From assembly GCF_001194135.2 (NCBI RefSeq), contig NC_068982.1:150373183-150437182 (forward strand): DNA of 64,000 nt. Reading direction: 5' to 3'. Position 1 is the stretch's first letter; every line of letters starts with the position of its first letter. Both the position numbers and the translations under genes were made by a program. The notes beneath the pieces were generated by a model. The model saw only the letters and a list, made by a program, of their open reading frames with translations. It made no database searches and was not told where the DNA came from. Positions 21,351-35,900 of the stretch are shown piece after piece. The DNA is from Octopus bimaculoides. Taxonomy: Eukaryota.

Positions 21351-22680
21351 GGGGCCCTTAGGACTTGTCTTAATTTTGGCACCAGAATGCTTTGCAGGAT
21401 TATGGGTTACCATTTCTTCAACACATAAATAATTTTAAAATAAACTTTCATTTTCAAATAAAACATCCTCGCCAGTTCATTTCATTTCATTGCAATTTAA
21501 GTTCCATTTTATTATGCCAGCATCAGTGGTTTCCATCTCTGGATGATAAAACGGAACATCACCCATTCGACTTTGTCCTGATAATGGTGAAGATACGAAT
21601 CAACACACATAATTTCCACATCAACAGTGACGTAGACAGCCTTTACTTAAAACGAAAACAAGGGGCAGAGGTTTAACATCAACAGACTGCTCTTGAATGT
21701 CGAATCATATCACTTTGGTAACATCTTTTAAGCACCAGTGTAGAAGTGCATCCCTTGACCAAGGTTGCTAACATTGTGAGACTTGGAAAGCAGATCCTAG
21801 AGCAGTATTCCCTATCTGATAACCTTAAATGCATACCCAAAGAAATCGCATGACTCAACCGCAATGTATCATCAGATACAAGGATGAGTGTATATCAGCA
21901 GAAGACCATGCATGGATATGCTAATAGAAAGCTCCGGGATGATAGCAACATTGATCATCAAAGCAGTCTATCATAGACCAACAACTGGATTACTAACTCC
22001 CACTTTGAAGGGTATGCATTTGCAATCCAGGGACAAGAAATATCAACCAAATACCTAATGCACAAAAGGGACAGAGATGCAGGAAAAGTAGCAAAATGTG
22101 ATAACCGATGCAGATTTTGTGGAGTTAAAACTGAAGCAGTTGTCCGAAAATGTCATCATGGTGTTATCTGCCAATCAGACATAATATTGAAGCTAGGACA
22201 CTCTATAATGAGATCCATTGGAAGGATAACCCCAGCATCAAAGAAATAAGAACTTACAGTATGATAGAAGCCATTGCCACTCACAATACAAAGGAGTACT
22301 AGTGGAATGTCCCAGTGAAAACTTCAATAAAATGTAAACATAATAGACATGACATAATTTGGGATAGAGAAGAGAAATTGTGTATAGTTGTTGAAATCAG
22401 CTGCCCAGTGGATGTTAACATAAAGCTAAAGATCAGCGATAAAGAAAATACCTATGCCGATCTATCGAGGAATCTACACCACTCTATCCAGATTACAAGT
22501 TCAGGTTTATACCTGTAATTATTGGGATACTAGAATATGTAACACACCACCTATATACCAATCTTCAGAAATTAGGTTTCTCAAAACCAGAAAGGAGAAA
22601 GCTGATTGAAGACTACAGATCCAAGCCATCACAGGAACTGTAAAAATCTGTAAAATTTTCCAGAAGTTTATCATTTAAAT
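21310..22680 (+). mobile_element. Degenerate RLE-type non-LTR retrotransposon 3' part (R4/NeSL-like)
   Basis: CRFCG zinc-knuckle remnant and DIIWDREEKLCIVVEISCP..N...KENTY, the PD..E..K restriction-like endonuclease region. Confidence 0.75.
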
Positions 22681-24079
22681 ATATATGAGCATGTCTAGAC
22701 ATGCAACTACATGCATAAGAATGCATACATAAAACAAAACATAGTAATCTGCACATATACATACATACACACACACACATACCCTATTGATGTTGTGGAA
22801 ATTCCAATGAAGGAAGCTTGGATCTAGGTTAGAAACTAGCTCTTTCTCTATTGGCAAGAAATTTGAAGTAAAATTGAATAATGACAGACATACATACATA
22901 CATACATACACCCATCTTTTATCTTTTACTTGTTTCAGTCGTTAGACCATGGTCAACTTTGTTTCAATTAAAGTGTATTTTATGTGTGTGTGTATATATA
23001 CATATATGTATTAAAGAAAGCAAAAAATAAAACAAAAATGTTAGTGTTCAGTATGTTGGCGATGAGACATGGTTAAACAAAGTTGTACATCATCTCCCTC
23101 TTTCTCTCTTATTATTACTCCCACTGCCACCATCAACATACTACTTTTAATAAAAATCAACTATCCCTAAATTTCTTTGTCTCTCTTTCTCTCTCTGTTT
23201 GTCTTCGCCACCGCCCTCTTTTACTCTCACCCTAGCACGAGGAAGTGTCAGTGAATAGTGAGAGAGGAGGGCAAAGTGTTACACACAAATTAGTTTTTGC
23301 ATTTATTATATTAGATATTTCTTAGTTGTAGTGCACCTAACTGTTTTCATATTTCATATATATATATATATATATAGACAATATTAAAATAAGGACACAT
23401 TCGCACACGCAAATATATATATATTCATTTATTCACTTCAAGCTGTTTAAAGTATGTACTTCCAGTTTATCTCTCCACGTGGTACTTTCAGGTCTCTTTG
23501 AAATCGTCCTACTCTCATTCATTTCTCTCCCCTTTAGCAGTTCGCTTGGTAAGTTGAGTATAAATCTGCTTCATTTTGATCATTCATCTCGTAATTTTTA
23601 AAAAGAGACAAAGTATATATCCACCATTTACTTACATTCTGATTTCCTATAGTGTAAAACAGTTATATTTCCCCGTATCGTTCAGTTAATTTTCGTTATT
23701 ACGTTGTACTTTCAAAACTTTGCACTCAACGAAAATTTACGCGAAGGCTTCTGTCAACATGGCCGTCGGCCTTTTATTTCGAACAAATGGCCAGCATTTT
23801 TTAGTATAAAAGAAAATAATGTACTTTTTTAAATATTGGAAATTCCTTAATGTGGTCAGAGTGATTAGTTCAATAGAATTCAAGGCTGGAAAAATCTGGA
23901 AACCATAAACGAAACGATACCCATTTTAGCAAAGGGATTCAGTTTATTTTTATTTCATACAGTTAAAAATATTTGGCTGTTTTCTTCAGGTAAAAAGCCG
24001 AATGAATTAAGCGTACACAAGCTTAAGATACAGAATAGTGGTTCAAACGATATTCTGGTTTTTCTGAGATTGATCATTC

Positions 24080-25186
24080 GGCAGAAGTAAAGATCATGGA
24101 CCGCGCCCATCCCCTTTGGGATTTTTTTTTTTTTTTTACAGGAACACACTATATCGAGGGCGAAAATTCCGAATCTGCATTTCAAAATTTAAATCCCCAC
24201 CCAAAATTCTTAAATTTTCACTTAAAAAGCGGGGGGGCGAAATACAGAGATTGATTCTGAAAAAATAAACACCCCCTCCCCTCCGTCCTATGACAAGAAG
24301 TGAAATTAGTGTTTTCTCAACTAATGCTTCACGCATGCATAAAATTATAAAATAGACGCAAAAAGTATCTAAACAGAAAACCTGACATCCTAGAAACACG
24401 TTCTCAAAATTTTAANNNNNNNNNNNNNNNNNNNNNNNNNNNNNNNNNNNNNNNNNNNNNNNNNNNNNNNNNNNNNNNNNNNNNNNNNNNNNNNNNNNNN
24501 NNNNNNNNNNNNNNNNNNNNNNNNNNNNNNNNNNNNNNNNNNNNNNNNNNNNNNNNNNNNNNNNNNNNNNNNNNNNNNNNNNNNNNNNNNNNNNNNNNNN
24601 NNNNNNNNNNNNNNNNNNNNNNNNNNNNNNNNNNNNNNNNNNNNNNNNNNNNNNNNNNNNNNNNNNNNNNNNNNNNNNNNNNNNNNNNNNNNNNNNNNNN
24701 NNNNNNNNNNNNNNNNNNNNNNNNNNNNNNNNNNNNNNNNNNNNNNNNNNNNNNNNNNNNNNNNNNNNNNNNNNNNNNNNNNNNNNNNNNNNNNNNNNNN
24801 NNNNNNNNNNNNNNNNNNNNNNNNNNNNNNNNNNNNNNNNNNNNNNNNNNNNNNNNNNNNNNNNNNNNNNNNNNNNNNNNNNNNNNNNNNNNNNNNNNNN
24901 NNNNNNNNNNNNNNNNNNNNNNNNNNNNNNNNNNNNNNNNNNNNNNNNNNNNNNNNNNCAAAAACCATCTTTTCAAATTTTTTAATTTTAACTTTTTTTC
25001 GGGGAGCGGGGAATTGAAAATTTTGAAAATATGGTTTTTAGCATATTCAGAATCTCTGTCATCGAAAACAGGAATCCACTGAAAAAAAAAAAAAAAGGTC
25101 AATTTTTTTTTCGTGCCGATGTATTTGTTAGACATTAACCGAAAAAAACCGCAAAGGGGCTGCTGTCCATGATCTTTACTTCCGCC
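24080..25186. mobile_element. Merlin-type element spanning an N gap, with GG termini and 8-bp TSD
   Basis: TIRs ggcagaagtaaagatcatggac and gtccatgatctttacttccgcc. Flanks gatcattc (24072-79) and aatcattc (25187-94), 7/8 identical. Confidence 0.82.
24416..24958. other. Assembly gap (N run)
   Basis: Directly visible. Confidence 1.
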
Positions 25187-26439
25187 AATCATTCTTTAAT
25201 TTTTTTGCGCGTAGGTTTTGCTGTTACATTGTCGAAGCCAATAGATGAGCGAAGTTACCGCTATCTCTGGGCAGGGTTTTCTTTTTTCTCATTGGCAGGG
25301 TCCTCTGAACAAACGTAGTACACATTAGAGTACTTATCTCATTCATCATATCTGATATCTAAGCAAAGTCTATCCAAATGTAAGACAAATATCATTGCTT
25401 CCTCTCATCTACTGCTGCACTCAGTCAAAATAGAAAAGCTCTACTTAGTTGTAAGAACCAGATTTCCCTCAAATCAATGGAAGGACATAGGGGATGAAGT
25501 AGCTCTGGATACATTGAAAAGTAAAGACAATGTTCGCGACTGGAATTTCTCCTAACTATAATTCTCAGCGTTCCTTGTAACGGACATTACCCTTTACATA
25601 AATTTTATAAATACTCAGGCTAAATATCAGCCTACAGAAGATTAGTTAAGGACACTGACCCCTATAAATATTACTATTGATGTGACAAAAGTCTGAATGT
25701 ACTGTGCAATTCATGTTCGAGCAGTCTTTATTAGTTGAATGACTGTGTATAATAATTGCTAAATTATATTAGGCAAAGTCTTATACACTAAAATGTAATG
25801 TCAGGTACTTTGCATACTATATAAGACCTTGCTACAACCATTATACCTGTATGTGTAAATTTTAAAATCTAACATCTAATTGTTATAGTTGGATATTATT
25901 TTATATTTTAGGTAATACCGACTGAGCAAAATATCCAGGATGGGTGGATATCCCGTGAAATGACAGTTTTCTTGAAAATATTCCTATATCAGTTTCAAAA
26001 CTAATTTGCCTTGAGTTTAAAACAGTGGTTCCCAACCTTTTCACTACCAAGGACCCCTTTTATTTAAATGAGTTGGGAACTTGTTTAAAATATGTGCAAG
26101 AACAACAGTTGTTTTTAATCTAGTTTTGTTTGCAATTTGAGGTGTTTTACATTTGTTTTGTTTGCAATTTACAAATCTTGGTTGAATTAAATTCACCTCA
26201 AGTTCAAATCTCACGAGATTAGATTTGTACAACTAATTGTAAAGTGCTATACACTTTGTGTTTTCACACCCCATCGTTATCTCCCCTCTCTCCAACTGAG
26301 GTAACCATGTATCTAAAAGATACTTATTTCTATCCTTCTGTTCATACTCTTCTCATCACTTGGTACATAACCATCTCCCTCAATATACCCCCCCCCATTC
26401 AGTTGAGGGGTAAGTTACTTAGTGACCTCAGTGTTGCCA

Positions 26440-27310
26440 CATAAAAAGCACCCAGGACATTCTGTAAAGTGGCTGGCATTAGGAAGGGCATCCAGCTGTA
26501 GAAATGCCAATGCAAACAGTAGAGCTTGGCAGTGTTCTGGCTTGCCAGCTCTTATCAGAACGTCCAACCCATGCCAGCATGGAAAGAGGATGTTAAAGAT
26601 GAGTTACTGAAACCAGTAAAGGAATATAAGATACTAATAATTGTTTTCTTTTTCCCTATTACAAATATTTCAACCACTAGTCTGTTGAAATAGTTGTCCA
26701 CAGAAGTGGATCAGCTTAACAATGATGCTGTATCTATACATGTCGGTAGCATTGCCATGCTGATTTTGTCAATTTAATATCTTTTACTATGCTCTTATCA
26801 CTGTGATAGATTCCACTTATTTTCATTCTTAAAATAACTTCATTCTTGATCTGTCTGTCTCTTTCTAGCTGGGTAACCATGTACCTCCTCTACAGCAAGA
26901 CACCTATTTCTGTCTCATTATATAACCTTTCATCATCTGACACAAGATCACCTCCTCCAATGCTTCTTCCCTTCTCAAAGGATTGATCTTTGTCTTGCAA
27001 GTTACTTGGTGACCCTGCCAGTGATGATGTCACATAAAAAGCATTCAGTCCACACTGTAAAGTGATTGGCATTTGGAAAGGCATCCAGCTGTATAAAAAC
27101 CATGCCAAAACTGACCTCGCCTGTGCTTTTGCTAATTAAAAAGCACTTGGTCCACTCTACCGGGCGGTTGGTGTTAGGAAGGGCATCCAGCCATAAAAAC
27201 CCGGCCAAAACAGACACAAGTCTGGTGCAGGCTCCTGACAAACTGTCTAACCCATGCCAGCATGGAAGGTGGATGTTAAACAATGTTGATGCCTCCATGC
27301 TGAGAACGAT
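26440..27310 (+). mobile_element. Cluster of RTE-tail/SINE copies
   Basis: ggcattaggaagggcatccagctgtagaaa...ccatgccagcatggaa motif at ~26475, ~27067 and ~27175. Confidence 0.8.
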
Positions 27311-30300
27311 GATGCATTAAATATGTTTGCAGTTTCCACCAAAGATGTATTCTGTGACAGTCGCCTTCCTTTCTTGGATGGCTGAATTCTCTTCAGGAGC
27401 AGTTCATTTTTTTTACCACTTTTCACCTTATTTCTAAACATTTCTTTTATATTTTTCAAACTCTCCCCTCACTGCTACTGGAAAAATATGTCTATAGTTT
27501 GAAATTTTACTCCTATTTCATGTTTTTCCTATTTAACTACTATGAGTATATTTCTATTCCAATGGTGGATTCTTCATTCGTTTCAATGGTGAATATCCAG
27601 TTGTTTGATCAACTGAATTCCTACTTGTGAAATGAAAGTAGAAGACGAATATTCTGCTAACCTGTATACCCTTCATACAATTCTCAGGCTAGATCTTTGA
27701 ATTACAGGTACAATCCTGTGAAGTAGGATTTTGCTTCCTTGGTGTATACATTGGTTGTCTTTGTGCAGTTAAGTAAGGCATCTTTTATTAACATTTTTCT
27801 GGAAAGATGTCTCTTTGCATATGGATGATGCCTGTGTGTAGAGGTTTAAAGCATGAAGAGTGGGAATTGTTAGGTGATATCTACATTAATCACTTGTCAG
27901 TTTCCATTAAGTTATATGTAGATAGCCACAACTGCAGTCTCTTTGACCTGTCAGTTCAGTCTCTACAATTGTACCTGAAAGAATAGTACATAAGAGAACA
28001 TGTGCATTTGATATGATAAGGCTTTTAGTACCTTAATAGGATTTTTATAGAAACTTATAGTAAAATGTTAATTTACTGAAAGAATTGTGGGGTTACTTTT
28101 GAGCATCTGAAATCTAGGGTAGATGACTGCAGTAACATGGCCATGTAGTGTAAGTAGATAACTGTTGGGTTTGATGGAAAGGTCTCCTAATAAGAATAAG
28201 CAAAGATGTAGTGGTGTTGATTGGAGAAAATGAGTAACTATCAATTGAAATATGGAAATTTTGCAATTCAGTGGAAAATATTGTTATAAAGAGTTACACT
28301 TTTAGATATTTAGTTGTCATCGTTTTACATCTGCTTTCTATGCTGGCATTTAAATCAGGTTTCCGACATCCTAATCTCTTCTGAAATTATATGGATTCTA
28401 AATGCAACTCATCAGTATAAAATATTGATTTAGTGAGAAATAAAGTAAAAATGCATTTATAATATTAGCAATATATGCATGATAAAAGCATTCTAACAGT
28501 TGTGTGTATTCATTTTATACTAATGTCTGAACTGTAAAGGGCTGCAGGACAGGAGTAAACTATCAGCAATGTGTCATCGAAGTTTGGGAAAAGTTTTTTT
28601 TACTGCATTTGAAAGTATAGGATACAGTGCAAATTCACATAATTATGTGATTCCATTTGAATTGCAATTATGTTTGTGTTGGTGGCAAAAAGTGCATCCA
28701 GCTGTAAAAATCCTGCCTCAAAAGTTTTTGTCTGAGTCATGCTAACATGTAGAATGAATAATGTAATACTTTAAACATCACAATTATAACTGCATCTCTG
28801 TTTGAAATGAAGTTTCTATAACTGAAAAATCTGTTCCAGGTTCTTTTTTTCTAAATAATACATTCACTCTCACTTGCTATCATTTTTCTAGTTAGAAGTT
28901 GACATATAAATGGAAGGTTAGATGATAAAAGAAACAAGCTCAAACATTTTCCATTGCTAATATTTTACTTGCCACAAGTAATTGGAAGCAAAAGAGGCAG
29001 AAAAATCTGTATTTAGTTTTACATTGAATAAAAATTCTATACAAGCCTCCATTTGAAACAGCATTGAATATAATGTTCAAACATATTACAAAGACATGCT
29101 ATCAGCTTCAAAATATTTTGTAGCACTTAAAACTAATATGCATTTCCATTACTGTCCTGGTTTACCAATTGAAAAATCAGTATATTTCTAGGCTTTCCAT
29201 AAAGACCAATATATCTATAGCATTAAATATCAAAGATTTTATTGAAGCATATATTACCAGATGTTGTTTCTGATCATGCAATAGGCTTAACACATTTTGC
29301 CTAATGCTAGGATATCTTGAAATATATACTGGACATTTTAAGCCCAAAGTTACTGTTGAAAGAAGCAGAGTAGATTGTTTCTGACCTTAATATACATTTA
29401 AAAAATAGGGAGAAGTTGGTAGCTGCTCAGATTTGTTTTAAAATTGGTAAAATGGAAAGGAAAATGTTAATGAGAACAATGGAAGTCTTGAAAATTCACA
29501 CTGAGACTTTTACATGTGCATATTATCAAATGCTGGGTTGCTATTGTGTAAGATATATTTGTGACAGCATATTCAGCATATCATTGAGCAGAGAGACTGC
29601 TTGGAGTTGAAAATTCAAGAATCTAAGACAAGATTGACATAATTCTGGATGAATTGGCTGCATTCCATTCTGGCTTTCATAAAATATATACTGCCTATAT
29701 TCAATCGAATAAATCCATACTGAATTCTTTAACATAGTACAAGGGAATCGATAATTATAGTGGATATTATTAATTACCATTAAAAATAAGCATTAGGTCA
29801 TGATATTTCATTACTAGTTGTGAATTAAGTAATAAGTTGGTAGAATGGTTAACTGAAAAGTTTTAGTATTCAAAATGTAATACACACACACATGTATATG
29901 TGTGCATGTATTAATAGTGAAGTGTTGTTGCTTTATAAGAAAAGAAAGCAACACAACTGCTGAAATAGTAATAGCAGTAGACTAACAATTAGCAGTCTAA
30001 AAGATGGCAAATTACAAGGGAAGATAGTCTTCAGTTCATTGTCTCAGTTGTAATATTACAACTGAGACTTCCTTACATATGAGAACTTTTTTTTTTCTTT
30101 TTAGTGTGAAAAAGTTCATCATATAATTTATACTATTTTCTTGCTGGTAACTTTGAATACTTATATGAATTCCTTAGTATCTTCTCAGTTGATCATTTTC
30201 AAATCATTAACACATCTCATTTGTTTTTTGTTTTTTATATCAAATCATTCAGTTATACCAAATTAAATACAAGGCAATATTTCTGTCCAACCTGAAACGT

Positions 30301-30400
30301 TAGTAATCGAGAATTTTGCTGCTAGAGGATGAATGACTCTCATTGCATTGAGATAGGGGGATGAGGAATTTTGTGATTAAATTTTGATTCATTTGAATAT

Positions 30401-30406
30401 TTTATT
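30401..30406 (-). terminator. Candidate AATAAA poly(A) signal for Rab39
   Basis: tttatt on the plus strand about 355 nt past the stop. More distal sites are also possible. Confidence 0.3.
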
Positions 30407-30761
30407 GTTTTAATAAAACAATTTTCTTGGGAAAATGGAGAATCATTAAATGATTTTGGTTGACTGGCAAATAATATACAAATTAAGATTGTGAAGCAAG
30501 CATTAGTATTTTAAACTAGACATTTACACAATGAATATTTAGATTAGAAATTTTTTGGTTTTCTCATCGATATTGAAACGACCTCTAAAATAAATCGTCA
30601 GTGATTTCAGTCATATAGGAAAACAGATTTTGTAAGGAAGAAGTCTCTTACAAGATGAATTCCAGCTAAAACATGACGGAATTACAGGGAAAAAAGTAAG
30701 AGAGAAGGTGAAAGATTGCAGTGGAAGTAGTTGAAAAACTATTGCGTAAGAATGAGAATAG

Positions 30762-31188
30762 TCAACAGCAACCTCCACCTTCTGGTTCACCCTCTACTAA
30801 ATGTAAAGTCTCTTTGGGTCGAGCAAAACCATTTTTCACACCGTCCCAGCCTTCTTCAACTGTAATTTTACCTTCTTCTAACATTTGATATATGTCTCTA
30901 GCAACAACTAGAAAGGCTTCTTCCACATTTGTACCAGTTTTGGCGGAAGTCTCTAAAAATCTTAGTCCATGATATTCAGCAAATTGACGTCCTTCCCGGG
31001 TTGTCACTTTACGTTCATTATCCTTATCTGATTTGTGGCCAACAATCAGATAAACAGCCTTATGTGGTTCTATATGCAACTGCGACTCTTTCAACCAATC
31101 CTCCAAGTGTTCAAAACTACTGCGTTTTGTTATGTCATAAACTATTAAAGCTCCAACAGAGTTTCGGTAGTAAGATCTTGTTATGGAT
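30762..31188 (-). CDS. RAB39: Rab39 small GTPase, terminal coding exon
   Basis: Acceptor tttttcAG|A TCC ATA ACA AGA (phase 2) gives (R)SITRSYYRNSVGALIVYDITKRSSFEHLEDWL...VGHKSD...ETSAK...EGWDGVKNGF...GGGCC*. RNSVG, VGHK and EGWDGVK are Rab39-type features. The intron position (ERFR/SITR) matches vertebrate RAB39 as I recall it. Confidence 0.93.
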
Positions 31189-31689
31189 CTGAAAAATCAC
31201 AGAAAGAAATTTGAATAAGATTGATGAAATATATATATATATACACACACATATATATACTAAGCAAGATAACTGATGTGGTTGTAAAAAGATGTTAAAT
31301 AATGTCAATATATGAAAAACATTCCAAACACTGTCAGTCAAAATCTCTCTCCGCAATCTGATAAGAGAAGAGGTATCTATAAGAAATGTTCACTGATGTA
31401 TGAGGTTATACCAAAAGTGGTTTCTCACAATTTAAATTCCTGGTTATACAAGAACATATCAACTGACCATTTTTGTACAATATGGTTAACTTCTTACACT
31501 ATGTTGCATTTAGATTACTGTCTGAATGTATAATAATTCAACCATAAATGATTAGTCTTTATAAGAATTACCAAATGAACCTCAATGTGATCATCTAAAA
31601 ATAACCAAATCTTTGTACACCTTCAAAATAACACTATATCCCCCTCATACTCTAGGACTGTACATTGTGAGAGGTAAAACCAAACAAAT

Positions 31690-32900
31690 TATTTACAAGA
31701 GGGAAAAATGTGAAGAACTTTGTGTGTTGAGGGGAGTGTGAATCAGAATGCCATCAGCACATGCTATGTTGGAGGGATTTAACAGAAAACCTCTAACTCA
31801 AGAGGCAAAAATCAATGAAACCCACAGGTGGCCAGTTAAGGATATTTCTGTGCCTGACTCCATCAAGTGTAATAAATTAGTTTCAATGAATTTCTCAGGA
31901 GTGTGGGGTACTGGTGAGTGTCACAGAAGTGCAGATAGTAATCACTATACTTTTTACAGAAAGTATACAGTGATTGCTAACCAATGTCTCATATTTGGGA
32001 TGCTGGAAAGTGATAATGAAATCTGGGAGATTACTCTTGGGGAGGGGACACCTTTCTCAAAAATCTGGCTTGATGCCTGTAGTTCAAGATTGAAGAATAT
32101 AGCAAGGACAGTGATTGATTTGAACCAACTGGAGGTGTTTCATTATTTGGTATGTATAATGGAAGCATAAAGTTTTGTAATAGTATGCGTGTGCAATATG
32201 GAATTGGATGCAAACATTCTGTCAGTAATGTTTACAGAGCCATTAAAGGTAAAGAGAAATAGAGCTGGAAGATTTCACAAGTTGAGAAAATATCTTTTTA
32301 TCAAGAGATTAGCTGCAATTTGCAGGTTGTGCATCTTGAAATTTTGCATTTCAAATGGTAATTATAACAGAAGTGGATAGAACCACCCAGATGTTACGGA
32401 TGGATAATTTTTCTAGTTGTAAGCCAGGTTCTTTATCTGAACAATACAGGAGATTTGAAGTCATGGGCTTAGGTTGTGTGAAGAAAAGAGGTTGTCTTGG
32501 GTACGTTAGTGGTGAAGTATATTTGCTGCCTGGTACAGTTTGTGTAAAACTGATTGAGCTTTGGTATGAAAGGACATAAGACAGTAGGGCAACTGTGGGA
32601 AAAGCATGCAGTTAAAACTAAATCACTATTTGCTTTCATCAAAAGCCTATGACAGGGTCCCTTCCCTTATCTGGTGGTTACTGTGAAGCTACAAGTAAAA
32701 AAATGGCTGGTAAAATCCATACAAGCCACATAGGGGGTGCTGTCAGTAAGATAAATACAGCAATGAAGACTGTGCAGGTAGGGGACTATCTCCAGGTCAT
32801 AAGAATTCAAGACCAGTTGTCCATGGGAATTCTTAAATGCTGATGACCTTGTCATAGTGAAATCTGCTGTAGAATTAGAAAAAAATGTAGAAGCAAAACC
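31690..32900 (+). mobile_element. Degenerate RTE LINE fragment
   Basis: EFKTSCPWEFLNADDLV (YADD-motif region) at ~32804-32854. Confidence 0.75.
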
Positions 32901-35900
32901 TGGTATCAACAGGTGATAGAATTAATTTAATTTAGCACTTTGCTAAATTTTGAGAAATTGGAAAAAAAAAAAAAAAAAAGACCACTGAAGTAGATAATTC
33001 ATGAAGAATTTAATAATCCTGTAAACACTATTGAATAATTAATGCTATGATATTCATGTTGACTGAAATATATTTAAGTCAAATGATCACTGTGAGGTAG
33101 GTAGAGCTGGTAAAGAGGTTAAATGGTACTTGAGGTGACAGTTCATCCTTCTGCAGTCAATAAACAAATGAAATCATTCTAGTTATATCAGAGTTTATGA
33201 ATAAAAGCATCGTGTGAAGTTTATAGGTACAGTCCATTCATCCCAAGTAAAACCATTAAAAAAATATACAAAAAAGCAAACAAAAACTATCCATACATAA
33301 AGTCTTGTTTTATTTCAATTAATGGTGGTAGTTTATGCTATATAATTTATAAGGCATCATTGTTAATATGCTTATAAATTAAGAAAGTTCACATAGTATG
33401 TGTATACACATAAAAACATAAATATGAACACACCTAGTGTTTATATGTTTATGCCATGCTTTATATGCACAAACGTTTTAAGTCCTCAATATATGAAGTA
33501 TGCAGAGTGTGTGTGAAGGTAACTATATAATTAACTTAATACCATGGCCTCACGTGAGACTACAGTATGAATTTAATAATACATTTACCAAGACACACAT
33601 CTGAAATAAAAATATAAAACAAATTCTAAAATAAAATAACTTAAAATAAACATTTTTTTGTTAACATTACAAATCTGAGGAAGAGGACTCTGATAAGGTT
33701 GATGTTTAATTCGACCACCTGTAGGCTTATACCTGGAAGGAGAATGTAAGCATGGAAGAAACACTATTGGATTGGATTGGATTTCTGAGGAAGAAAGGTT
33801 TGATGTAGGAATTTGAAGCTACAACATATAATGGGATAGGTGGGTTTAGACATGGAAAGTGATTGCAACATACTGGGCTAGCATTTAGCCAATATAAGTC
33901 TAGCAACTGTTGCATTCAAGAAATGTAAATGATATTCTAGTATAGACATGTTTTTCTATGTTTAGGGTTAGTGTTCAGAAAATTTAGAAAAATCACCAAC
34001 GAGATAACCTCAAAATGATTAAGTATTTTGTCAATTTATCTCCTATGGTGTAATCTGAATCCTTAGAGTACAACAGATCTTGTCGGTAACTAATCTTTAG
34101 AGTGACAGTACTTCTCTCAACATTAATAAAAAATGAAGATGGCTTTGTAATGTCATACTTGAAGTTGTGATCATGAATAAGCAGTCTAATTAATATAATT
34201 ATTAGTAAAACTAGAGATATTTGTAATATATTGATGCTACTTTGTTAGTTTCATCTTTTTGAAGAGAGATAATATATTCAAGATTTTCTTTATCTCATTT
34301 TTTTACAGCTTTAAATTAATAAGTTGCTAAAAAGTAATTATTCAAACAGACTGAATTTCAAGTTATTCATTGTCGTCACCAAAGTGAATATGTTTTTCAT
34401 AATAATAAATTGGCATTTGAAGATAAGACTAATTTATTAGTGACATATCTGTATTGGATTTTAAAAGTTCCATTCGGCTAAATATTTTGCTTGGTTTTCA
34501 CTTAATTGTTATATAATTCTTTTAGGAGCCCCATGAAATAATTGTGAGTGAAAAACTAAAAGATAGGGGATGGTAGGTCCTATAATGTATTTCCTCATAG
34601 TTGTAATGACTGAGGTCTGTATATGGCAACTGATTGTTTTCTGAGGGCCTGCAAAGTCAAAGGGGACCAGTCATCTTTTAAAAGCAAAGAGAAGAAAAAA
34701 AAAGCATTAATTTAATCAATATAACATGAAGTCTAAATGAATGTATGCAGTGTCTGATTGATTCAAAGATAATTTGAAGTGAATGTAAAGGAAAAGATAG
34801 AGTGGAGAAATGAACTAGCCTTTTACCTAATATGTATTAGCTTTATCTGAATATGATAGAGAAAGATTAAAACTACTTCATATTTCAACCTTTGAAATTG
34901 AGAATATTCAGTAAAAAAATACAAGCAATATTGTGATCGCCAAAAATGGTGTCCCAGCATAGCAACAATTTAATGACTGAAATCAGTAAAAACACAACCA
35001 TCAAATTAATTAAAATATTAGGAGGATAATAACTCTTGGACTAAAACTGGCTAAGGAAACTCTTTACTACTTCTGCAGAATACAACCTATTTATTGACAG
35101 AGATATGATAAAATGTGCCCAATTTTCACTAAGATATACACAACAAAGTGGGCCAGTTTTCTTTGTTGCTATATGTGCTATGTGACTATAACTGCAATGA
35201 GTGTCAAAACTCATGCAACCTATGGACACCCGGAAAATGATAATGATAATTGGCCAACAATTGAAAGCTTCCTTTTAATTTGATAAAACCTAAATTAAAA
35301 AGGCAAAAAAAAAAAAAACGAGTAGACTGGTGGTAGTCTGCATTGGGAAAAGTTCTGATTGTTTCTCTCTAAATTTAGCAGTACCCTATCCACAAACAGT
35401 ATCATAGCAATATTTTCACATTCACATCTACTAAAAAACATCTTTAGTTAGAAATACAAAATTTTCACACACACAGTCCATGACATATCCCAACATCATT
35501 AATTTCATTATTATATTATATAGAGTCTATAGTCTAATAAATTTAAATATTTCACTACAACAAATTTGATCATATCTTTATTTGAAATTATTTCAAATTT
35601 CTAAGTTATACATGCATTAGTGTTGGAGAAACTAACTCATTATAATTCCCTACAAATTTTACAGCCAGTATGCTTTAGGTCAGTCAGCTTCTCTTTTCTA
35701 CGTTGTCACTTTCCCCTCACACCATCATGCTTTGAAGCTGACTGAATAGTAGCAGTTATAACTGAGTCAGTTAAAAGTAAACAACTCTTGAGTTGAATTT
35801 GCTGGATTGCAATTTTTGGCAGAAGCAAGATGAAATTTTAAACTTAATTGAATCTTTATTTAAAATTTAATTTATTTAAAATCTTTCCTTTAAACATGCA

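Noticed and set aside
23759-23812. ATG GCC GTC GGC as an RPS3A-like (MAVG) start
   Set aside because: The sequence diverges after four codons and stops at codon 17, with no convincing donor.
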